Shown in pieces: positions 29,673 to 40,874 of a DNA stretch of 64,000 nucleotides. The position numbers and the translations under genes were made by a program. Where the stretch lies: NCBI GenBank assembly GCA_902573325.1, contig CACGJH010000005.1, positions 21,388 to 85,387 on the forward strand, in the 5' to 3' direction. The first letter of the stretch is position 1. Each line of letters begins with the position of its first letter. The notes under the pieces were generated by a model. It had not been told where the DNA came from, ran no database searches, and saw nothing but the letters and a program-made list of their open reading frames with translations. This DNA comes from an uncultured Alphaproteobacteria bacterium. GTDB lineage: Bacteria; Pseudomonadota; Alphaproteobacteria; HIMB59; GCA-002718135.

Positions 29673-30246
29673 TTAAAAAGTTAATCAATTTTGTCACAGC
29701 AATAGATCGATGGCTAATTTCATTCTTCTCTTTAGTTCTTAATTCAGCCAATGTTTTGTTATAATTTTTAGGAATGAAAACTGGATCATAACCAAAACCA
29801 TATCTACCCTTAACTTGTTCTGAAATTTTTCCATCAATTTTGCCATTAAATATTACGTTTTGATTACCTTTCATTGTTAGACTTATTGAAGTTTTAAAGT
29901 AAGCATTTTGTTTATTATTTTTTTTAGTACTTTTAATAATACTTTTAAAACAAGCCTCATTACTTTTGAAATTATTTAAAAATCTTTTTGAAAGAACGCC
30001 TGGTTTCCATTTTAAGCTTTCAATACAAATTCCAGAATCATCGGCAAAACAGGAAATCCCAGTTTTAAGAAATCCATAGTCTGATTTAATTTTTGCATTT
30101 TCTTCAAAAGTTCGGCCACTTTCTTCTGGCTCTTCACTTATGTTTAGGTCAATTAATGAAAGAAGTTCCAAATTAAAATTGTTAAAAATTTTTTTTATTT
30201 CAATTATTTTATTTTTATTATTTGAAAAAAAAAATAACCGTCTCAA
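29665..30246 (-). CDS. rdgB: Non-canonical purine NTP pyrophosphatase (RdgB/HAM1)
   Basis: 193 aa with FFSNNKNKIIE, FADDSGICIESL, GFGYDPVFIP and ISHRSIA. Confidence 0.9.
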   Translation of the reverse strand: MRRLFFFSNNKNKIIEIKKIFNNFNLELLSLIDLNISEEPEESGRTFEENAKIKSDYGFLKTGISCFADDSGICIESLKWKPGVLSKRFLNNFKSNEACFKSIIKSTKKNNKQNAYFKTSISLTMKGNQNVIFNGKIDGKISEQVKGRYGFGYDPVFIPKNYNKTLAELRTKEKNEISHRSIAVTKLINFLIN

Positions 30247-30247
30247 T

Positions 30248-30958
30248 TTATTTCAAAGCCTCTTTTTGTTTAGAAATTATCTCTTTAACCCCAACTTTTG
30301 CAAGTGAAAACATTTCTGTAAACTGGGTGTCATTGAAAAAAAATTCTTCACCAGTAACTTGAATTTCAGATATTTCATCCGAATCACAAATTACAAAATT
30401 TGCATCTACTTGAGCTTCGGAGTCTTCCCTATAATCTAAATCTAATAATGCTTTATTTTCGACTATTCCAGTTGATACTGCCCCTATAAAGTTTTTGATA
30501 ATTGGTTTTTGGAGATTATAATTATTCTTCAACTTGTCTATTGCAAGATATAAAGAAATAAAACCACCACTAATTGAGGCAGTTCTTGTTCCTCCATCTG
30601 CCTGAATAACATCACAGTCTATTTTTATTTGACGCTCTCCTAGGTTTGAAAGATCAACAATAGATCTTAAGCTTCGCCCAATTAACCTTTGTATTTCTTG
30701 TGTTCTGCCTGACTGCTTTCCTTTTGCAGCCTCTCTATCCATTCTTGTGTTTGTTGATCTTGGTAACATCCCATATTCTGCTGTAACCCAACCTTTGCCC
30801 GTATTCTTTAACCAGTGGGGAACTTTTTCGTCAATTGTTGCAAGACAAAGTACATGTGTATTTCCAAATTTTACTAAGCATGAACCATCTGCATGAATAT
30901 TTACGTTTTTCTCAAATGAAATCTCACGCATTTGATTGAAGGACCTATCTTTTCTCAT
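30248..30958 (-). CDS. rph: Ribonuclease PH
   Basis: 236 aa with ADGSCLVKFGNTHVLC, GRTQEIQRLIGRSLR and DCDVIQADGGTRTASI. Confidence 0.96.
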   Translation of the reverse strand: MRKDRSFNQMREISFEKNVNIHADGSCLVKFGNTHVLCLATIDEKVPHWLKNTGKGWVTAEYGMLPRSTNTRMDREAAKGKQSGRTQEIQRLIGRSLRSIVDLSNLGERQIKIDCDVIQADGGTRTASISGGFISLYLAIDKLKNNYNLQKPIIKNFIGAVSTGIVENKALLDLDYREDSEAQVDANFVICDSDEISEIQVTGEEFFFNDTQFTEMFSLAKVGVKEIISKQKEALK

Positions 30959-31005
30959 ATAAATTTAATAATAGTAGATAAAAATTATTTTTAAATAAAA
31001 TTCTT

Positions 31006-32052
31006 ATGTCTGATAATGTATATGCACAAATTAATGATAGATCGAAATTAATTTTCAAAAAATTAGTTGAGTCATATCTTAAAACTGGATCTCCCGCAGG
31101 ATCAGAAACAATTATGAAGATGGGGGGATTAAATCTTTCCTCAGCATCAATTAGATCTATTTTATCAAATTTGCAAAAAGAAGGGCTTTTGTATGCCCCT
31201 CACAGATCAGCTGGAAGAATGCCCACCGAGAAGGGTATGAGGTTTTTTGTCGATGGACTTTTAGAGTTTGGAAGAATTTCAAAAATAGATAAAGAAAATA
31301 TTAAACAACAATGTTTAACAAAAGGAAAATCTTATGAAGAAGTGCTTGATGTTGCTTCTAAAGCTATTTCAGGCTTATCAAGTTATGCAGGAATAGTTAT
31401 TGCACCAAAATTTCAAAAAAACATAAAGCACGTTGAGTTTATTAGATTAAATAGTAGTCAATTAATGCTTATTCTTGCTTATGAGAATGGAGAAGTAGAA
31501 AATCGCATCATTGAAGATAGTGGAAAATATAATAGTTCTTTACTGATTCAAGCTTCCAATTATCTTACATCAAAGTTTACCAATAAAAATATTTCACAAA
31601 TTAAAAGACTAATTCAATCTGAAATAAAAAATTCACAAAATGAGTTAGAGTCAATTTCTTCAAGATTAATTCAACAAGGCATTATTGAAACTCAGCCTAA
31701 TAGCAAAAATCCTTATATTTTTTTACATGGCCAATCAAATTTATTAAAAGATGAAATTGTTTTGAAAGATCTAGACCAAATTCGAAATCTTTTTGATGAA
31801 ATTGAGAAAAAATCAAGTTTTGTAGATATATTAGAAACTGCAGGAAAGGCAAAAGGGGTTCAAATTTTTATTGGATCTAAAAATTTTTTATTTAAACACT
31901 CTGGTCTTTCTATGGTAATGGCCCCATATAAAAATAATGAACAAGAAATTATTGGAGCTATAGGTGTAGTTGGGCCAACAAGACTAAACTACTCCAAAAT
32001 AGTTCCTCTTGTTGATTATACATCTAAAATTATTGGAAAGGTGATCGATTAA
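31006..32052 (+). CDS. hrcA: Heat-inducible transcription repressor HrcA
   Basis: 348 aa with an N-terminal winged-helix region (GSPAGSETI...) and C-terminal GAIGVVGPTRLNYSKIVPLVDY. Followed by grpE. Confidence 0.9.
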   Translation: MSDNVYAQINDRSKLIFKKLVESYLKTGSPAGSETIMKMGGLNLSSASIRSILSNLQKEGLLYAPHRSAGRMPTEKGMRFFVDGLLEFGRISKIDKENIKQQCLTKGKSYEEVLDVASKAISGLSSYAGIVIAPKFQKNIKHVEFIRLNSSQLMLILAYENGEVENRIIEDSGKYNSSLLIQASNYLTSKFTNKNISQIKRLIQSEIKNSQNELESISSRLIQQGIIETQPNSKNPYIFLHGQSNLLKDEIVLKDLDQIRNLFDEIEKKSSFVDILETAGKAKGVQIFIGSKNFLFKHSGLSMVMAPYKNNEQEIIGAIGVVGPTRLNYSKIVPLVDYTSKIIGKVID

Positions 32053-32723
32053 TGGTTGAGAAAAAAGAAGAAGATAACCAACAAGAAGAAATAAAAGAAC
32101 CTGATTCTGAAAATATTAAAAACGATGAAAATAATAATGATGCTCAAGAAAACACAGATACAGAAGAGACAAGTGAAGACGAAAATACAGAAGAAGACAG
32201 CTTAGAAAAGGAAATTGAAACACTAAAAGAAGAAAAAATTCGATTACTCGCTGAAATGGAAAATCTTAGAAAAAGATTTGAAAGAGAAAAAGTTGAAACA
32301 ATAAAGTTTGGTAGCATAAATTTAGCAAGAGACATTCTATCCCCAGGAGATAATTTAGAAAGAGCATTGGATGCTTTACCAGAAGATGAAAATCATCCAG
32401 AAAGCATAAAAAATCTTATCGATGGCTTAAAAATGGTGCTTAAAGAATACAAAAGTACCCTTGAAAAACATGGAGTCAAAAAAATTGAAACTTTAAATCA
32501 AAAATTTGACCATAACTTTCATCAAGCAATGATGGAGGTTGAAAATAATGAAGTTGAAGAAGGAACGGTAGTACAAGAAGTCCAATCTGGCTATACAATG
32601 CATGACCGATTGCTAAGAGCAGCAATGGTTGGAGTTTCCAAAAAACCAGTCGCTAAAACAGAAGAACCTACAGAAGAAAAAGAAGAAGACAATCCTGAAA
32701 ATGAAAGTAAAGAAAAGTCATAA
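32052..32723 (+). CDS. grpE: Nucleotide exchange factor GrpE
   Basis: 223 aa with an acidic low-complexity N-terminus, then LLAEMENLRKRFEREK and a GrpE core. TAATG overlap with hrcA. Confidence 0.93.
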   Translation: MVEKKEEDNQQEEIKEPDSENIKNDENNNDAQENTDTEETSEDENTEEDSLEKEIETLKEEKIRLLAEMENLRKRFEREKVETIKFGSINLARDILSPGDNLERALDALPEDENHPESIKNLIDGLKMVLKEYKSTLEKHGVKKIETLNQKFDHNFHQAMMEVENNEVEEGTVVQEVQSGYTMHDRLLRAAMVGVSKKPVAKTEEPTEEKEEDNPENESKEKS

Positions 32724-32768
32724 AAAGCCCTAAATTAGTTGTTTTTTTTAATATAAATCAGGAACATC

Positions 32769-32797
32769 CTTGTATTTTAAAACTTTTTTCCCATATC
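32769..32797 (+). promoter_or_regulatory. Sigma-32 (RpoH)-type heat-shock promoter upstream of dnaK
   Basis: CTTG (32769-32772), N17, then CCCATATCT (32790-32798). This resembles CTTGAA-N13-17-CCCCATNT. It lies about 52 nt upstream of the dnaK ATG, with SD AAGAGGA in between. Confidence 0.5.
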
Positions 32798-32848
32798 TAA
32801 TGTAGTCAATGTCGATTGGCTAATAATTAAGTAAAGAGGACAAAAAAT

Positions 32849-34771
32849 ATGGCAAAAGTTATTGGTATTGATTTAGGTACTACAAACTCCTGCGTAGCAG
32901 TAATGGACGGTAAGGAAGCAAAAGTAATTGAAAACTCTGAGGGCGGAAGAACAACACCCTCAATGGTAGCATTCAGTGACACAAAAGAAAAACTTGTTGG
33001 ACAATCAGCTAAAAGACAAGCTGTAACCAATTCTGAAAATACATTATTTGCCATAAAAAGATTAATCGGAAGAACATTTGAGGATGAAGCTGTTAAGTCT
33101 GACAGTGGATTAGTACCTTATAAAATCGTAAAAGGCGACAACGGTGATGCTTGGGTAGAAGCACGTGGAGACAAGTATAGTCCAAGTCAAATTAGTGCAT
33201 TTATTTTACAAAAAATGAAAGAGACCGCAGAGTCTTATTTAGGAGACACTGTTACACAAGCAGTTATAACAGTTCCTGCATATTTTAATGATGCTCAAAG
33301 ACAAGCAACAAAAGATGCTGGAAAAATAGCTGGACTAGAAGTCTTAAGAATTATTAACGAGCCTACTGCTGCAGCGTTAGCATATGGTTTAGATAAAAAG
33401 AAAACAGGTACAGTTGCTGTTTACGATCTTGGTGGAGGCACATTCGATATTTCTATTTTAGAAATAGGTGACGGTGTTTTTGAAGTTAAATCAACAAATG
33501 GTGATACGCATCTTGGTGGTGAAGATTTTGATCTTAAAATTATTGATTATCTTGCTGACGAATTCAAAAAAGATAATGGTATTGATTTACGATCAGATAA
33601 ACTTGCCCTTCAACGTTTAAAAGAGGCTGCTGAGAAAGCAAAAATTGAATTATCAAGTTCAACTGAAACAGAAGTTAACTTGCCATTCATAACAGCTGAT
33701 CAATCTGGTCCTAAACATTTAACGATTAAATTATCCAGAGCAAAACTTGAAGCTATTGTAGGTGAACTTTTAAACCAAAGTTTAAAACCTTGCGAAATGG
33801 CACTTAAAGATGCCGGTTTACAAGCTGCTGAAATCGATGATGTTATTTTAGTTGGTGGCATGACAAGAATGCCTAAAGTAACTGAGATAGTAAAAAACTT
33901 CTTTGGTAAAGAGCCTAATAAAGGTGTTAACCCAGATGAAGTTGTTGCCTCTGGTGCTGCAATTCAAGCAGGAGTATTACAAGGTGATGTCAAAGATGTA
34001 CTACTACTTGATGTTACACCTTTATCACTTGGTATTGAAACTCTTGGCGGTGTATTTACAAAACTTATTGATAAAAACACAACCATTCCAACAAAGAAGA
34101 GCCAGGTATTTTCTACAGCTGAAGATAATCAGAGTGCAGTAACTATTAGAGTTTTTCAAGGTGAAAGAGAGATGGCTGCTGATAACAAATTACTAGGTCA
34201 GTTTGATCTAGTGGGTATTCCACCTGCCGCAAGAGGAATGCCTCAAATTGAAGTAACTTTTGATATCGATGCAAATGGTATTGTAAACGTTTCGGCTAAA
34301 GACAAATCGACTGGTAAAGAACAACAAATCAAGATCCAGGCTTCTGGCGGATTATCAGATGAAGAAATTGAAAAAATGGTCAAAGAGGCAGAAGAAAATG
34401 CTGAAGCTGACAAAAAGAAAAGAGAAGCTGTTGATACTAGAAACCATGCTGATAGTTTAATTAATGAAACTGAAAAAAATTTGAAAGAGCACGGAGATAA
34501 AATTCCTGAAGCTGATAGAAATAAAATCACAGAGGATATTGAAGAGCTTAAGAAAGTAAAAGACGGTGAGGATTTAGAAGCTATTAAATCTAAAACTGAA
34601 GCACTTGTTCAGTCATCTCTTAAAATGGGTGAAGCCATTTATAAACAAAACCCTCAAGGTGCTGGACCTCAACCTGACCCATCTGGTGCTGAACCATCAG
34701 CTGATAATACAAAAGATGAAAAGGTTGTAGACGCAGAATTTGAAGAAGTAGACGAAGATAAAAAAGATTAA
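32849..34771 (+). CDS. dnaK: Molecular chaperone DnaK (Hsp70)
   Basis: 640 aa with [14 protein letters not shown] and [10 protein letters not shown]. Hsp70-like throughout. Confidence 0.99.
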   Translation: MAKVIGIDLGTTNSCVAVMDGKEAKVIENSEGGRTTPSMVAFSDTKEKLVGQSAKRQAVTNSENTLFAIKRLIGRTFEDEAVKSDSGLVPYKIVKGDNGDAWVEARGDKYSPSQISAFILQKMKETAESYLGDTVTQAVITVPAYFNDAQRQATKDAGKIAGLEVLRIINEPTAAALAYGLDKKKTGTVAVYDLGGGTFDISILEIGDGVFEVKSTNGDTHLGGEDFDLKIIDYLADEFKKDNGIDLRSDKLALQRLKEAAEKAKIELSSSTETEVNLPFITADQSGPKHLTIKLSRAKLEAIVGELLNQSLKPCEMALKDAGLQAAEIDDVILVGGMTRMPKVTEIVKNFFGKEPNKGVNPDEVVASGAAIQAGVLQGDVKDVLLLDVTPLSLGIETLGGVFTKLIDKNTTIPTKKSQVFSTAEDNQSAVTIRVFQGEREMAADNKLLGQFDLVGIPPAARGMPQIEVTFDIDANGIVNVSAKDKSTGKEQQIKIQASGGLSDEEIEKMVKEAEENAEADKKKREAVDTRNHADSLINETEKNLKEHGDKIPEADRNKITEDIEELKKVKDGEDLEAIKSKTEALVQSSLKMGEAIYKQNPQGAGPQPDPSGAEPSADNTKDEKVVDAEFEEVDEDKKD

Positions 34772-34799
34772 CGCTCCATAATTTTTATAAGGAGGAGAT

Positions 34800-35933
34800 G
34801 TGGCTGATAAAGATTTCTATGAGATACTAGGTGTTCAACGAAATGCCAGTGAAGATGAAATAAAAAAAGCTTATAGAAAACAGGCCATGAAATATCATCC
34901 TGATCGTAACAAGGATGACAAAACAGCTGAAAGAAAATTCAAAGAAGCAGCTGCTGCTTACGAAGTTCTAAAAGATTCAGAAAAAAGATCAGCTTATGAT
35001 CAATATGGGCATGACGCTTTCAAACAAGGTGGAATGGGTGGAGCTCAAGGCTTTGGAGATTTTGCAGGCGGCTTTTCTGATATCTTTGAAGAGTTCTTTG
35101 GTGGGGGGTTTGGAGGACAATCATCAAGAAGACGAGGACCTCAAAGGGGAAGTGATCTTCGTTATAATATGTCCGTTTCACTATTCGAAGCTTTCACTGG
35201 AAAGAAACCACAAATAAGAATACCTACATACGTTGGCTGTGATGCTTGTGCAGCAACTGGATCTGCAGATAAATCTGGACCAAGTACTTGTTCTACTTGT
35301 GGTGGTGCAGGAAAAGTTCGATCTCAACAAGGGTTCTTTTCAATTGAAAGACCATGCCCTACATGTGGCGGAGAAGGTTCAAGTATAAAAAATCCATGCC
35401 TTAAATGTTCTGGAACAGGGAATATAAAAAAACAAAAAACAATTTCTGTTACTATTCCAGCTGGTGTTGATACAGGCACAAGAATTCGAATAGCTGGTGA
35501 AGGAGAGCCTGGAGAAAGAGGTGCGGGAAACGGGGATCTATATATTTTTGTTGAAGTTCAAAAGGATAAACTTTTTGAAAGAGAAGAAGAAAATCTTTTT
35601 TGCGAAATACCAATCTCCATAACAACGGCTATTCTTGGCGGTGAAATAGAAGTGCCAACAATAGAAGGAAAAAAAGCCAGACTTAATATTCCAGCTGGAA
35701 CTCAATCAGAGACTCAATTTAGACTACGCGGCAAAGGAATGAGTATACTTCGACAAAGCAGACGCGGAGATATGTATGTGCAAGCAAATGTTGAAATACC
35801 AGTCAATCTAAATAGCAAACAAAAAGATATTTTGAGAGAGTTCGAAAATGAAGGAGGAACCTCAAAAAAACACAGTCCAAAATCACAAGGTTTTTTCTCA
35901 AAATTAAAAGAAGTCTGGGAAGATTTAACTTAA
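34800..35933 (+). CDS. dnaJ: Molecular chaperone DnaJ
   Basis: 377 aa with a GTG start after SD AAGGAGGA. J-domain with HPD, a G/F region, and four CxxCxGxG zinc motifs. Confidence 0.97.
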   Translation: MADKDFYEILGVQRNASEDEIKKAYRKQAMKYHPDRNKDDKTAERKFKEAAAAYEVLKDSEKRSAYDQYGHDAFKQGGMGGAQGFGDFAGGFSDIFEEFFGGGFGGQSSRRRGPQRGSDLRYNMSVSLFEAFTGKKPQIRIPTYVGCDACAATGSADKSGPSTCSTCGGAGKVRSQQGFFSIERPCPTCGGEGSSIKNPCLKCSGTGNIKKQKTISVTIPAGVDTGTRIRIAGEGEPGERGAGNGDLYIFVEVQKDKLFEREEENLFCEIPISITTAILGGEIEVPTIEGKKARLNIPAGTQSETQFRLRGKGMSILRQSRRGDMYVQANVEIPVNLNSKQKDILREFENEGGTSKKHSPKSQGFFSKLKEVWEDLT

Positions 35934-35974
35934 TTTCTTTTCAACTTACAATCACCAAAGTATAAGAAGTTTTT

Positions 35975-36778
35975 ATGGCAAAAATTAAAATAGCAGTTGC
36001 AGGTTGTCTTGGCCGAATGGGTCAGGAAATATCGAAACAAATTTTACAAAATAAAAATTTAGAATTTGTCGGTGGCTTTGAACACAAAAAACATAAAGAT
36101 ATAAACAAGCCGTTAAACAAAGTTTCAAGTATAAATTCTTCAAAATTAGTTACAGCTAATGCAGCTCAGTTAATCAAAGAAGCAAATGTTATAATTGATT
36201 TTACAACACCTGAGTCTACGTTAGATAATCTTAAAATTGCCTCTGCAAATAAAACAGCAGTTGTTATCGGTACAACTGGAATGACAGACGCACAAAAGAA
36301 GAAAGTAAAAAGTTATTCTAAAAAACTACCTATACTCATGTCTTCTAACATGAGCTTGGGTGTTAACTTACTATTTAATTTAGTACAACAAACAGCATCA
36401 GCTTTAAAAGATACTGATTATGATATTGAAATTGCTGAGACTCATCACAAACATAAAAAAGATGCCCCTTCAGGAACTGCTTTATCACTGGGTGAGTATG
36501 CTGCTGAAGGTAGAAAAACTAAATTAAATAAATCAAAAGTTTTAGATCGTACCAAAAAACTATCATCTAGAAAAAAAGGTGACATTGGCTTTTCTGTTAC
36601 AAGAGGTGGTGAAATTGCAGGTGAACATACAGTAAGTTTTATTGGTACCAACGACAGAGTTGATCTAGTTCATAAAGCTAATAATCGATCAATTTTTGTA
36701 GATGGGGCCATTGAAGCAGCGATTTTTATTTCTAAACAGAAAACAGGTCTTTTCAATATGAATGATTTGTTATTTTAA
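35975..36778 (+). CDS. dapB: 4-hydroxy-tetrahydrodipicolinate reductase
   Basis: 267 aa with IKIAVAGCLGRMG and ETHHKHKKDAPSGTA. Confidence 0.93.
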   Translation: MAKIKIAVAGCLGRMGQEISKQILQNKNLEFVGGFEHKKHKDINKPLNKVSSINSSKLVTANAAQLIKEANVIIDFTTPESTLDNLKIASANKTAVVIGTTGMTDAQKKKVKSYSKKLPILMSSNMSLGVNLLFNLVQQTASALKDTDYDIEIAETHHKHKKDAPSGTALSLGEYAAEGRKTKLNKSKVLDRTKKLSSRKKGDIGFSVTRGGEIAGEHTVSFIGTNDRVDLVHKANNRSIFVDGAIEAAIFISKQKTGLFNMNDLLF

Positions 36779-37221
36779 TAATAGCTTAATTGTCTTTTAA
36801 TTCTTAAGTACAAACTTTCTTTTAAATCAGCATGCAAGAAAGTTGCAACTTCAGTTTCTTTATCTGATTCTCTAATTGATAACTTGGAAGTATTTTTAAA
36901 TTTTGTAAAAAAAACTTTAGACCAATAAGTGCTGAATTTAGATGAATGTAAAAGTTTATCACCTTTATATTTCTTTATAGATATCTCTTTTTGATCAATA
37001 TTAATTTCATCCTTAATATTTTTTTCTTTGAAATATAAACGGATTAAATAAAAAATTATCAGATATTCAAGTCCAAGAAATATAGATACAGGCCATGCAC
37101 CTTGTATAATTAGAAAAACAGAAAACAATGAAATCCAACTTATGAAAATAATTCCTAAAACTAAAAAAACTGATTTAGAACAGCTTTGATAAGGTCTTAT
37201 ATTTTCATTTAATGAATTCAT
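36775..37221 (-). CDS. DUF2244-like integral membrane protein
   Basis: 148 aa with two TM helices around GAWPVSIFLGLEYLIIFYLIRLYF and a soluble C-terminal domain. 4-nt tail-to-tail overlap with dapB. Confidence 0.5.
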   Translation of the reverse strand: MNSLNENIRPYQSCSKSVFLVLGIIFISWISLFSVFLIIQGAWPVSIFLGLEYLIIFYLIRLYFKEKNIKDEINIDQKEISIKKYKGDKLLHSSKFSTYWSKVFFTKFKNTSKLSIRESDKETEVATFLHADLKESLYLRIKRQLSYY

Positions 37222-37433
37222 AATTTGACATTAATATAAAACAGTCTTTCTGATAAAGGGACATATGTACACAGATATTAAATCGATAATTTGCATTTTA
37301 TTATCAATTTATAATTGCTTCCAAATCCTAAAAAATGGCTAAATTCCTTTGATCTCTTGCTAATTTAGTAAGGAACATATAGATGCATCCCCGAAAAAAT
37401 ATTAAGTAATAATCCTTATTTAATGGTGGCTTG

Positions 37434-40400
37434 ATGAAAAAGATTGGTAAAATTTTAGCAGCAAACAGAAGTGAAATTGCTATTCGAATTTTTAGAGCTG
37501 CTGAAGAGAGTGGTATTAAAACAGCTGCTATTTATTCTAAAGAAGACCGTTTTGCTATTCACCGATTTAAAACGGATGAAAGTTATTTAGTAGGTGAAGG
37601 CAAAGGTCCAATTCAAGCATATTTGGACATAGACTCGATTATTAAAATTGCTAAAGATGCAAAGGTTGATGCTATCCATCCAGGTTACGGATTTTTATCT
37701 GAGAGTCCTGAACTGGCTGAGCAGTGTGAAAAAAATAACATAACATTTATTGGACCTAGTAAAGAAATACTTAAAAGATTTGGAAATAAAACTGAAGCTA
37801 AAAAAGTTGCGGAAGAAGCAAACGTAGGCACCGTTCCGTCTGTTCTTGTAACAAAAGAAAATTTAAAAAGTGTTGAAAAAGAAGTTGAGAAAATTGGTTA
37901 CCCAGTAATTGTTAAAGCTAGTTGGGGTGGTGGCGGTCGAGGAATGCGTGTTGTTAGATCAAGCAATGAATTAATAGATCAAATAACAACTGCTCAAAGT
38001 GAGTCACTTAAAGCTTTTGGAAAAGATGAAGTATTTATAGAAAAATTTTTAGAAGATGCTGCGCACATTGAAGTTCAAATTTTAGGTGACAAACACGGAA
38101 ATATCATTCATCTTTTTGAAAGAGATTGTTCTCTTCAAAGAAGACATCAAAAGATTATTGAAAGAGCACCTGCACATTTTCTTGAAAATAAAACTCGAGA
38201 AGAAATTTGTAACGCTGCTATTAAAATTGCAAAACAAGTTAAATACTTTGGCGCAGGGACTGTTGAATTTTTGTTTGATAAAAAATCTGGTGAATTTTAT
38301 TTTATTGAAGTTAACCCAAGAATTCAGGTTGAACATACAGTAACAGAAGAAGTAACTGGCATTGATATTGTAAAAGCACAAATTAAAATTGCAGAAGGTG
38401 AAAAAATTGGAAGTCACCCAGCTCTTCCTAAACAAGAAGACATTCATCTAAATGGATTTGCTATTCAATGTAGAGTTACTACCGAAGATCCGCTTAATAA
38501 TTTTATGCCAGATTATGGGAAGATAATGACTTACCGATCAGCCGCTGGTTTTGGAGTGAGGTTAGATGCAGCAAATGCCTCTTCGGGTTCAATCATCACA
38601 CCGTATTATGATTCTTTACTAGTAAAAGTAACAACTTGGGCAAAGCATCAAGACGACTGTATTAAAAGAATGGATAGAGCTTTACGAGAATTTAGAATTA
38701 GAGGTGTTAAAACAAATTTAGTATTTCTTGAGTCTCTTATAAACAATAAAGATTTCCTTGAAGGAAATTACAATACTAATTTTGTGGATACTAAAAAAGA
38801 GCTCTATGCTTATAATCCGCAAAAAGATCGAGCATCAAAAATTGTATCTTATCTTGGAAATATAATTGTCAATGGACACAACGATATATCTGGAAGAGTC
38901 AGTAATAATTCGACTGTAGAAGTTCAAATTCCTATTTCAAACACTAAAAGCGAAAAAAATAATTATGTAAACGATTTACAAACTTTAGGTCCAGAAAAAT
39001 TTGCAAAAAAAATAAAAGAAACACCATACACCTTAATTACTGACACAACGATGCGTGATGCACACCAATCGCTTCTTGCTACAAGAATGAGAACAGATGA
39101 TCTTATCAACATTGCTGAATATTATAGTGAAAATCTAAGCAACTTGTTCTCATTAGAATGTTGGGGTGGTGCAACCTTCGATACATCGATGCGTTTTTTA
39201 AAAGAGGATCCTTGGGATAGACTAGCAAGATTAAACAAAAGGGCGCCTAACCTTCTTAAACAAATGCTCTTTAGAGGATCTAATGCTGTTGGATATAAAA
39301 ATTATCCAGATAACGTTGTTAAACATTTTATTCAACAATCAGCAGAAGCTGGAATTGATGTATTCCGAGTTTTTGACTCATTAAATCTAATTGATAATAT
39401 GCGTGTTGCAATTGATGAAGTACGCAATCAAAATAAAATTTGTGAAGGAACTATCTGTTATACAAATGATGTAACTGATCAAAATGAGAAAAAATATACA
39501 TTAAAATATTATATTGATCTTGTAAAAGATTTAGAGAAAGCAGGAGCACATATTATCGCTATTAAAGATATGGCGGGATTAGCAAAACCTAATGCTATAA
39601 AAAAATTAGTTAAAGAAATCAAACAAACAACTGATCTTCCAATTCATTTTCATACTCACGATACATCTGGTACTTCATCAGCTTCAGTTCTAGCTGCTAT
39701 AGAAGAAAAGGTAGATATCGTTGATCTTGCAATTGACTCGATGAGTGGTTTAACTTCACAACCTGCACTTGGATCAATCGTATCTATAATGAAACAAAAT
39801 CATCAAGACCCAAAACTTGATGAAGAGGCTATAAGAACACTATCTTTATATTGGGAACAAGTTCGTCAAAATTATCATGCATTTGAAACCGATTTCAAAG
39901 GTGGTAGTTCTGATGTGTATCTTCACCAAATGCCTGGAGGTCAGTTTACAAATTTAAAAGAACAAGCGAGATCATTGGGAATTACAACTGATAAGTGGGG
40001 AATGGTTGCTAATAAATATGCAGAGGTAAACCAACTTTTTGGTGATATTGTGAAGGTAACACCTTCTTCAAAAATTGTAGGCGATATGGCGCTTTATATG
40101 ATTGCTAATGATTTATCTAAAGAAGATGTGTTAGACCCAAAAAAAGAAATTTCTTTTCCTGCTTCAGTTATCGAATTTTTTAAAGGGGAGATTGGTATAC
40201 CTCAAGGAGGCTTTCCAAAAGAACTACAAAAAAAAGTTCTTGGTGATACTAAACCTTTAACAAAAAGACCTGGGGAAATTTTAGAATCAATTGATTTAGA
40301 TAAAGAAGCCAAAAATTTAGAAGATGAAATAGGGATGAAAATTAATCAAACACATCTAGCTTCTTACTTAATGTATCCAAAAGTTTTTAAAGATTATGTT

Positions 40401-40874
40401 GATCACTTTAAGGAGTTTAGTGATACATCAATTCTTTCAACAGAATTATTTTTTTATGGTCCTCAACAAGATAAAGAATACACAATAGAAATTGATAAAG
40501 GAAAAAACCTTATCTTAAGATATTTAGCGAAAAGCGAAGTTAATAGTAATGGAAAGTGCTCCGTGTTTTTTGAAATTAACGGACAACCAAGAACAATAGA
40601 TATAGAAAATAAAGAATTTTCAAAAAATATAACACAAAGAGCTAAAGCAGATGATAATAATTTGGATCATGTTGGATCTCCTTTGCCAGGCCAAGTTGCT
40701 AAAATATTTGTTCAATCAGGCAGTAAGGTGATTAAAGGTGATAAGTTACTTGTAATCGAAGCTATGAAAATGGAAACTACAATAAATGCTGATAAAAGTG
40801 GAACCATCAAATCAATTAATGTTGCATCTGGTGATAATGTGGAGACCAAAGATTTGCTTGTTGAAATTAGCTAG
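37434..40874 (+). CDS. pyc: Pyruvate carboxylase (single-chain, biotin-dependent)
   Basis: About 1146 aa with a biotin carboxylase domain, a carboxyltransferase TIM domain (TMRDAHQS) and a C-terminal biotinyl motif EAMKME. ATG 37434 preferred over TTG 37431. Confidence 0.96.
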   Translation: MKKIGKILAANRSEIAIRIFRAAEESGIKTAAIYSKEDRFAIHRFKTDESYLVGEGKGPIQAYLDIDSIIKIAKDAKVDAIHPGYGFLSESPELAEQCEKNNITFIGPSKEILKRFGNKTEAKKVAEEANVGTVPSVLVTKENLKSVEKEVEKIGYPVIVKASWGGGGRGMRVVRSSNELIDQITTAQSESLKAFGKDEVFIEKFLEDAAHIEVQILGDKHGNIIHLFERDCSLQRRHQKIIERAPAHFLENKTREEICNAAIKIAKQVKYFGAGTVEFLFDKKSGEFYFIEVNPRIQVEHTVTEEVTGIDIVKAQIKIAEGEKIGSHPALPKQEDIHLNGFAIQCRVTTEDPLNNFMPDYGKIMTYRSAAGFGVRLDAANASSGSIITPYYDSLLVKVTTWAKHQDDCIKRMDRALREFRIRGVKTNLVFLESLINNKDFLEGNYNTNFVDTKKELYAYNPQKDRASKIVSYLGNIIVNGHNDISGRVSNNSTVEVQIPISNTKSEKNNYVNDLQTLGPEKFAKKIKETPYTLITDTTMRDAHQSLLATRMRTDDLINIAEYYSENLSNLFSLECWGGATFDTSMRFLKEDPWDRLARLNKRAPNLLKQMLFRGSNAVGYKNYPDNVVKHFIQQSAEAGIDVFRVFDSLNLIDNMRVAIDEVRNQNKICEGTICYTNDVTDQNEKKYTLKYYIDLVKDLEKAGAHIIAIKDMAGLAKPNAIKKLVKEIKQTTDLPIHFHTHDTSGTSSASVLAAIEEKVDIVDLAIDSMSGLTSQPALGSIVSIMKQNHQDPKLDEEAIRTLSLYWEQVRQNYHAFETDFKGGSSDVYLHQMPGGQFTNLKEQARSLGITTDKWGMVANKYAEVNQLFGDIVKVTPSSKIVGDMALYMIANDLSKEDVLDPKKEISFPASVIEFFKGEIGIPQGGFPKELQKKVLGDTKPLTKRPGEILESIDLDKEAKNLEDEIGMKINQTHLASYLMYPKVFKDYVDHFKEFSDTSILSTELFFYGPQQDKEYTIEIDKGKNLILRYLAKSEVNSNGKCSVFFEINGQPRTIDIENKEFSKNITQRAKADDNNLDHVGSPLPGQVAKIFVQSGSKVIKGDKLLVIEAMKMETTINADKSGTIKSINVASGDNVETKDLLVEIS

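Noticed and set aside
30959-32848. CIRCE (HrcA operator) upstream of hrcA, grpE or dnaK.
   Set aside because: No TTAGCACTC / GAGTGCTAA half-sites were found by eye in these spacers. The absence is reported only as context for the dnaK promoter finding.
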